This document shows positions 27,560-32,000 of a stretch of DNA of 32,000 nt, one piece after another. Within the stretch, counting starts at the first letter, position 1; each line of letters opens with the position of its first letter. Origin of the DNA: Candidatus Electronema halotolerans (GTDB taxonomy: Bacteria; Desulfobacterota; Desulfobulbia; Desulfobulbales; Desulfobulbaceae); assembly GCA_942493095.1 (NCBI GenBank), contig OW818675.1, forward strand, positions 120,001 through 152,000, given 5' to 3'. The notes beneath the pieces are model-generated. The model did no database searches and was not told the origin of the DNA. It saw nothing but the letters and a program-made list of their open reading frames with translations. The translations under genes were made by a program, and so were the position numbers.

Positions 27560-28426
27560 ATGATGAATGATTTGGTTTCGATAATAATTCCCGTATATAA
27601 TAGAACAAAGGAATTGCAGCGAGCAGTTTACAGTGTTTTGAATCAAACATATCAGCAGTTTGAGATTATTATTGTTGATGACGGATCTCATGAAAATATC
27701 AAGTTGGTTGTTGACAGAATATTTAGTGATCATTCTAAGATACGATATCTTCGTCATGAAAAAAATTTTGGTGCGCAGGCTGCCCGCAATACAGGTATAA
27801 AAGCAGCCAAGGGCGAGTGGATAGCATTTCTCGATTCAGATGATGAATATTTGCCAGACAGCATTGAAGTGCGGTTGAACAAGGCAAGTACGGCAAGAGT
27901 CCCTGTTGTTCACTCTGACTGCATTATAGTTGAGAGAAAAAAAACGGAACGTCGACGTTTATTTGGTGTACCTCCGGTTGAAGGCTGTATATATAATTGC
28001 TTGTTGGCCGGTCCTGGGCCTATGTACCAAGGATTATTAGTCGAAAAAGGCACGCTTTCTCAAATAGGCTTTCTTGACGAAAACATAAGGGCATATCAAG
28101 AATGGGATACTGCAATACGTTTATCTAAAAAATATTATTTTTCATTTGTCTCAGAACCAACTTTTATTTATTATTGTGTTAATAATGATACTATTTCCAG
28201 CAATCATAGCAAAGGAGGTTTTGGGTATGAGCAGGTTGTCAAAAAAAATCGATGGCAGATACTTTCTCGGCTTGGTCCGAAGGCAATGTCAGATCATTAT
28301 TTGAATATATTAAATTGGGAATATATTCATACAGCAGAAAGGGGAAAAAAATATTATTGCAAGCTCATGAGCATTCTCTATTGGCCTCCTTGTATATTTA
28401 GCTATCTCAAAAAAAATAAAAGGTAA
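27560..28426 (+). CDS. Glycosyltransferase family 2
   Basis: LVSIIIPVYNRTKELQRAVYSVLNQTYQQFEIIIVDDGS; WIAFLDSDDEYLP. Confidence 0.93.
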   Translation: MMNDLVSIIIPVYNRTKELQRAVYSVLNQTYQQFEIIIVDDGSHENIKLVVDRIFSDHSKIRYLRHEKNFGAQAARNTGIKAAKGEWIAFLDSDDEYLPDSIEVRLNKASTARVPVVHSDCIIVERKKTERRRLFGVPPVEGCIYNCLLAGPGPMYQGLLVEKGTLSQIGFLDENIRAYQEWDTAIRLSKKYYFSFVSEPTFIYYCVNNDTISSNHSKGGFGYEQVVKKNRWQILSRLGPKAMSDHYLNILNWEYIHTAERGKKYYCKLMSILYWPPCIFSYLKKNKR

Positions 28427-28622
28427 CTACTCAGCCACCGGATGTAGATTTATTTACGACTGAAACCACTGCATGTTGTATTTTTATGCAAAATAAGCTT
28501 GTTTTCTGGTAGCTTGGAAGTCCTGTTTTTCACCTGATTTCTTCGTGTTTTTCAGATAAAAACACAATATGTTGTGGTTTAAACGGTTCTATGTGTCGCT
28601 ATTTAGTGGCTGAGTAGTTACA
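28423..28622. mobile_element. 200-bp palindromic MITE
   Basis: Perfect 16-bp TIRs GTAACTACTCAGCCAC / GTGGCTGAGTAGTTAC; flanking 8-bp direct repeats AATAAAAG at 28415-28422 and 28623-28630; subterminal arms also partly complementary. Confidence 0.85.
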
Positions 28623-28650
28623 ATAAAAGGTAACTATTGCCACTTTTATT

Positions 28651-29046
28651 ATGATTGACAGGATTGAACATAAAGGAATTCTTTTAGGGATGGTTATCCC
28701 ATTAAGCTATCGGGAAAATGGAGTGACCTTTTTCACCTCTAACGATCTTTCTCAGCAGCTTGCCTTTATGCGCCATCCATCAGGCAAGCAGATTCAGCCG
28801 CATATCCATAATCCTGTGCCAAGAGAAGTTCATTATACTCAAGAAGTACTTTTTATCCGCAAGGGAAAGTTGCGCGTTGATTTTTATACAAAAGAACAGG
28901 AGTACTTAGAGAGCCGTATTCTTGAAGCTGGAGATGCCGTTCTTCTGATTCAAGGTGGACATGGATTTGAAATATTGGAAGATGTGGAAATGATTGAAGT
29001 GAAGCAGGGGCCTTATGTTGGTGAACAGGATAAGACACGCTTTTAG
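28651..29046 (+). CDS. Cupin-fold protein associated with sugar biosynthesis locus
   Basis: GKQIQPHIHNPVPREVHYTQEVLFIRKGKLRVDFYTKEQEYLESRILEAGDAVLLIQGGHGFEI. Confidence 0.6.
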   Translation: MIDRIEHKGILLGMVIPLSYRENGVTFFTSNDLSQQLAFMRHPSGKQIQPHIHNPVPREVHYTQEVLFIRKGKLRVDFYTKEQEYLESRILEAGDAVLLIQGGHGFEILEDVEMIEVKQGPYVGEQDKTRF

Positions 29047-29181
29047 ACTGCTGAATCCTCTGAACTGAAAACCAAATTTTCTTGCTTTGTTAAAAGTTTT
29101 GTATATATAAATCAAGTATGTTAGACGCATGGTGAAATGACTAGCTGATCGTCATGAGACATATAACTGCTATACAGCCTA

Positions 29182-30321
29182 ATGAGTCACTTTATTCCAG
29201 TGAATGAGCCATTATTGAATGGCAATGAAAAAAAATATTTAGCTGAGTGCATTGAGAGTGGCTGGATTTCATCAGAAGGCCCTTTCGTGGGTCGCTTTGA
29301 AGAAATGCTTGCTCATCGGGCGGGCCGCAGACATGGAATAGCTGTGTGCAACGGCTCGGTCGCGCTGGAAGCGGCTGTGGCGGCTTTGGGCATTGGGCAG
29401 GGAGATGAGGTCATTTTGCCAACGTTCACTATTATTTCCTGCGCTGCGGCTGTCATACGAGCCGGAGCCATGCCAGTCTTGGTGGATGCCGATCCGCTGA
29501 CGTGGAACATGGATGTGTCGCAAATTGAGGCCAAGATCACTTCACATACCAAAGCAATTATGGCTGTCCATATTTACGGGCTGCCAGTGAATATGAAACC
29601 TCTGCTGGCATTGGCTGAACGGCACGGGCTAGCTGTTATCGAAGATGCCGCCGAAATGCTTGGCCAAGCCTGTAATGGCCGTCCCTGCGGAAGTTTTGGA
29701 GAGATCAGCATTTTCAGTTTCTATCCTAACAAGCATGTTACCACCGGCGAAGGAGGTATGATCGTCACAGATGATCATGCCTTGGCCGAACGTTGCCGAG
29801 GGCTGCGCAATCTTTGTTTTCAGCCAAGCAAACGTTTTGTGCATGAAGAGCTGGGATGGAATTTTCGCATGACCAATCTACAAGCAGCCTTGGGATTGGC
29901 TCAACTGGAACGGCTGGATGAATTTGTCGTTCGTAAACGACGCATGGGGACAATCTACAATGAACTGCTTGCTGATTTTGCTACGATAGAAAAACCTCTG
30001 CCGAGGACTGATTATGCTGAAAATATCTATTGGGTTTATGGAGTGGTGCTAAAAGAAGATATTTTCTGCAATGCAGCGGAAATCATAACTCATCTTGGCA
30101 ATGAGGGAATAGGCACGCGTCCTTTTTTTTACCCAATGCATCAACAGCCTGTTTTTCAAAAAATGGGTTTGTTTAACAAGGAATGTCATCCTGTGGCGGA
30201 ACGTTTGGCTGAAAGGGGATTCTATCTGCCCAGTGGTCTTGCTTTGGAGGAAAAACAAATTAGACATGCGGCAGAGATCACAAAGTGTTCTTTGAAAAAG
30301 ATAATTCAAAATATTAAATAA
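29182..30321 (+). CDS. DegT/DnrJ/EryC1/StrS family PLP-dependent aminotransferase
   Basis: VNGSVALEAAVAALGIGQGDEVILPTFT-like region, EDAAEMLG, FYPNKHVTTGEGGMIVT (Lys), NFRMTNLQAALGLAQ. Confidence 0.95.
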   Translation: MSHFIPVNEPLLNGNEKKYLAECIESGWISSEGPFVGRFEEMLAHRAGRRHGIAVCNGSVALEAAVAALGIGQGDEVILPTFTIISCAAAVIRAGAMPVLVDADPLTWNMDVSQIEAKITSHTKAIMAVHIYGLPVNMKPLLALAERHGLAVIEDAAEMLGQACNGRPCGSFGEISIFSFYPNKHVTTGEGGMIVTDDHALAERCRGLRNLCFQPSKRFVHEELGWNFRMTNLQAALGLAQLERLDEFVVRKRRMGTIYNELLADFATIEKPLPRTDYAENIYWVYGVVLKEDIFCNAAEIITHLGNEGIGTRPFFYPMHQQPVFQKMGLFNKECHPVAERLAERGFYLPSGLALEEKQIRHAAEITKCSLKKIIQNIK

Positions 30322-30322
30322 G

Positions 30323-30469
30323 ATGAAAACGCAACAGGATTTATCAGGGTTAATTCCAGTCTTTACAAAAAAGTTTGGAGAATTGAACAGAGATAAAATT
30401 TTTTATGTAATACGGCAGCCTGAACAGAATCGAGGTTTGTTTTCTTTATTTCGTGGATTCAAGTTGTAA
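30323..30469 (+). pseudogene. 5' fragment of a glycan-locus gene truncated by the IS30-like element
   Basis: MKTQQDLSGLIPVFTKKFGELNRDKIFYVIRQPEQNRGLFSLFRGFKL*; the last residues are encoded by the IS end (GTGGATTCAAGTTGTAA). Confidence 0.6.
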
Positions 30470-31498
30470 GTGCAACTTTTGCTGGTTTGAAAAAAGAGTG
30501 AGTTGTGGTAGTATGATGGCTCATTTCTCACCACCAAGCAAGAGGAGCGCGCATGCACAGCTACACACAACTCACCGAATCAGAACGTAACCAAATTTAT
30601 GCTTTGAAGCAAGCAGGATTTAAACCATCCGCCATAGCCTTGCAGCTTAGTCGGCATCCGTCAACCATCTATAGAGAATTACGACGCAATCGTGGTCTTC
30701 GTGGATATCGTCCCCGACAGGCGCAGCAGATGGCTGACAATCGCCGCCGTGAAAAGGTGAAGCCGAAAATTCCTGAAGAGGTTTGGTGTATTGTCAATGA
30801 TCTCATAGAGAAAGACTGGAGTCCCGAACAAATCAGCGGCTGGCTGGCTGCTGAGAAAAATATGCGGATCAGCCATGAGCGCATTTATCAACACATCGCC
30901 CGCGACAGGAAGCAAGGAGGAAACTTGCATCTTCACTTACGCTGCCGAAAGAAAAGAAAAAAACGTTATGGAAGCACTGACCGGCGGGGTCAGATCAGAA
31001 ATCGTGTGTCGATAGACAATCGGCCTGATATTGTTGAAGAACGATCCAGAATTGGTGATTGGGAGGCAGATACGATCATCGGTCGTCGCGGCGGGGCTGT
31101 CCTTGTCACGTTGGTTGAGCACAAATCCCGTTTCAGCGTTATTGCCCTTGCGCCGGACAAACGGGCGGACAGTGTCACACAGGCTCTTGCCGGAGCACTG
31201 CTCCCATATCAGGAACAAGTTCACACCATAACGTGCGATAACGGCAAGGAATTTTCTTTTCATGAGGAGTTCTCCGCCGCGCTTCAGGCTGAATGCTTCT
31301 TCGCTCACCCTTATCAGGCTTGGGAACGGGGACTTAATGAGAATACGAACGGACTTATACGCCAATATCTCCCAAAAGGAACTGATTTCGACATGTTGAG
31401 CCAGCAAGACATCAACTTGATCATGGATAATCTCAACAACAGGCCAAGAAAATCTCTGGCTCTCCGATAATTTCCGGGGTTGTAATTCCAGTGCTTTT
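30453..31498 (+). mobile_element. IS30-family insertion sequence, right end missing
   Basis: Left end GTGGATTCAAGTTGTAAGTGCAACTTTTGCTGG; transposase at 30553..31470; no matching right TIR before the ISL3-like sequence. Confidence 0.75.
30553..31470 (+). CDS. IS30 family transposase, probably C-terminally truncated
   Basis: YTQLTESERNQIYALKQAGFKPSAIALQLSRHPSTIYRELRRN; IGDWEADTIIG; HTITCDNGKEF; LNENTNGLIRQYLPKGTDF; ends abruptly at NNRPRKSLALR*. Confidence 0.9.
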   Translation: MHSYTQLTESERNQIYALKQAGFKPSAIALQLSRHPSTIYRELRRNRGLRGYRPRQAQQMADNRRREKVKPKIPEEVWCIVNDLIEKDWSPEQISGWLAAEKNMRISHERIYQHIARDRKQGGNLHLHLRCRKKRKKRYGSTDRRGQIRNRVSIDNRPDIVEERSRIGDWEADTIIGRRGGAVLVTLVEHKSRFSVIALAPDKRADSVTQALAGALLPYQEQVHTITCDNGKEFSFHEEFSAALQAECFFAHPYQAWERGLNENTNGLIRQYLPKGTDFDMLSQQDINLIMDNLNNRPRKSLALR

Positions 31499-31548
31499 AA
31501 TGGATAATACGTTACCTATCCTTGTAACAAAATTGTTAGCAGAATCTC

Positions 31549-32000
31549 ATGGGAATTGAGTTAGATTTAGAATTACCTGACGTTGAAGTTTTAAGAAGTT
31601 TTCGTGACAACAAAGGAAATTATGTCATTGAGCTTCAAAGCACAAAGAAAAGCGGCATCTGCCGAAAATGCGGTAAAAAGATACGAAACTTCAAAGGGTA
31701 TGGTGAATGGATTATGATCCGACATTTACCTATCCTTGGAAGGGAAGTTTATCTGAAAATCCGACCACGCCGTTATCAATGTTTAGAGTGTGACAATGAA
31801 CCGACAACAACAGAAGAATTTTCATGGCGTTCACCAGGAAAATCTTACACAAGGGCATATCAAGACCATGTCTTGCGATGTTTAATAAACAGCAGCGTGA
31901 AAGATGTCTGTTCAAAGGAAAATTTAGGGGAAAAGCATCTGGAAGCAATGTTGTCAGAGTCCTGTTTTGGTGAAAATCCGCTTGATCATATTTCATATAG
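31549..32000 (+). CDS. ISL3-like transposase, N-terminal part (continues past window; not in supplied ORF track)
   Basis: Manual translation: MGIELDLELPDVEVLRSFRDNKGNYVIELQSTKKSGICRKCGKKIRNFKGYGEWIMIRHLPILGREVYLKIRPRRYQCLECDNEPTTTEEF...; N-terminal zinc finger CxxC...CxxC. Confidence 0.75.
   Translation, partial: MGIELDLELPDVEVLRSFRDNKGNYVIELQSTKKSGICRKCGKKIRNFKGYGEWIMIRHLPILGREVYLKIRPRRYQCLECDNEPTTTEEFSWRSPGKSYTRAYQDHVLRCLINSSVKDVCSKENLGEKHLEAMLSESCFGENPLDHISY

Overview
The window looks like a Desulfobacterota-type chromosome (inference from protein character only). It falls into two compositional blocks. The GC-rich left part (about 1-19 kb) holds core genes: the 3' end of pfkA, an endonuclease III family gene, tRNA-Asp and tRNA-Val, lon, clpX, clpP, tig and tRNA-Leu. 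Two STAND/TPR-type loci are embedded among these proteolysis genes. One is a large CHAT-protease/NB-ARC-like/TPR protein (1486..5025, minus strand). The other is a compact locus at 8244..10979 (minus strand): a small membrane protein followed by a P-loop ORF and a TPR ORF. The last two ORFs lie in the same frame, separated by a single TGA, and look like one STAND ATPase. The small membrane protein and the P-loop ORF share a short G/N/Q-rich motif (IEGSxNQ[I/L]). This locus is my best candidate for an undescribed system. The AT-rich right part (about 19.2-30.3 kb) follows an O-antigen ABC exporter and CDP-glucose genes. It encodes nucleotide-sugar enzymes, methyltransferases, glycosyltransferases, a cephalosporin-hydroxylase-like protein, cupins and a DegT aminotransferase. 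It is punctuated by IS debris: a disrupted OafA-like acyltransferase, an IS30-like MITE and a partial inverted copy of it, a 200-bp palindromic MITE with 8-bp target duplications, an IS30-family element lacking its right end, and an ISL3-like transposase running off the window. Other notable structures are a 23-bp-period array of palindromes at 1330-1444, bracketed by identical 28-bp hairpins, and an 18-bp perfect hairpin upstream of the CHAT gene.
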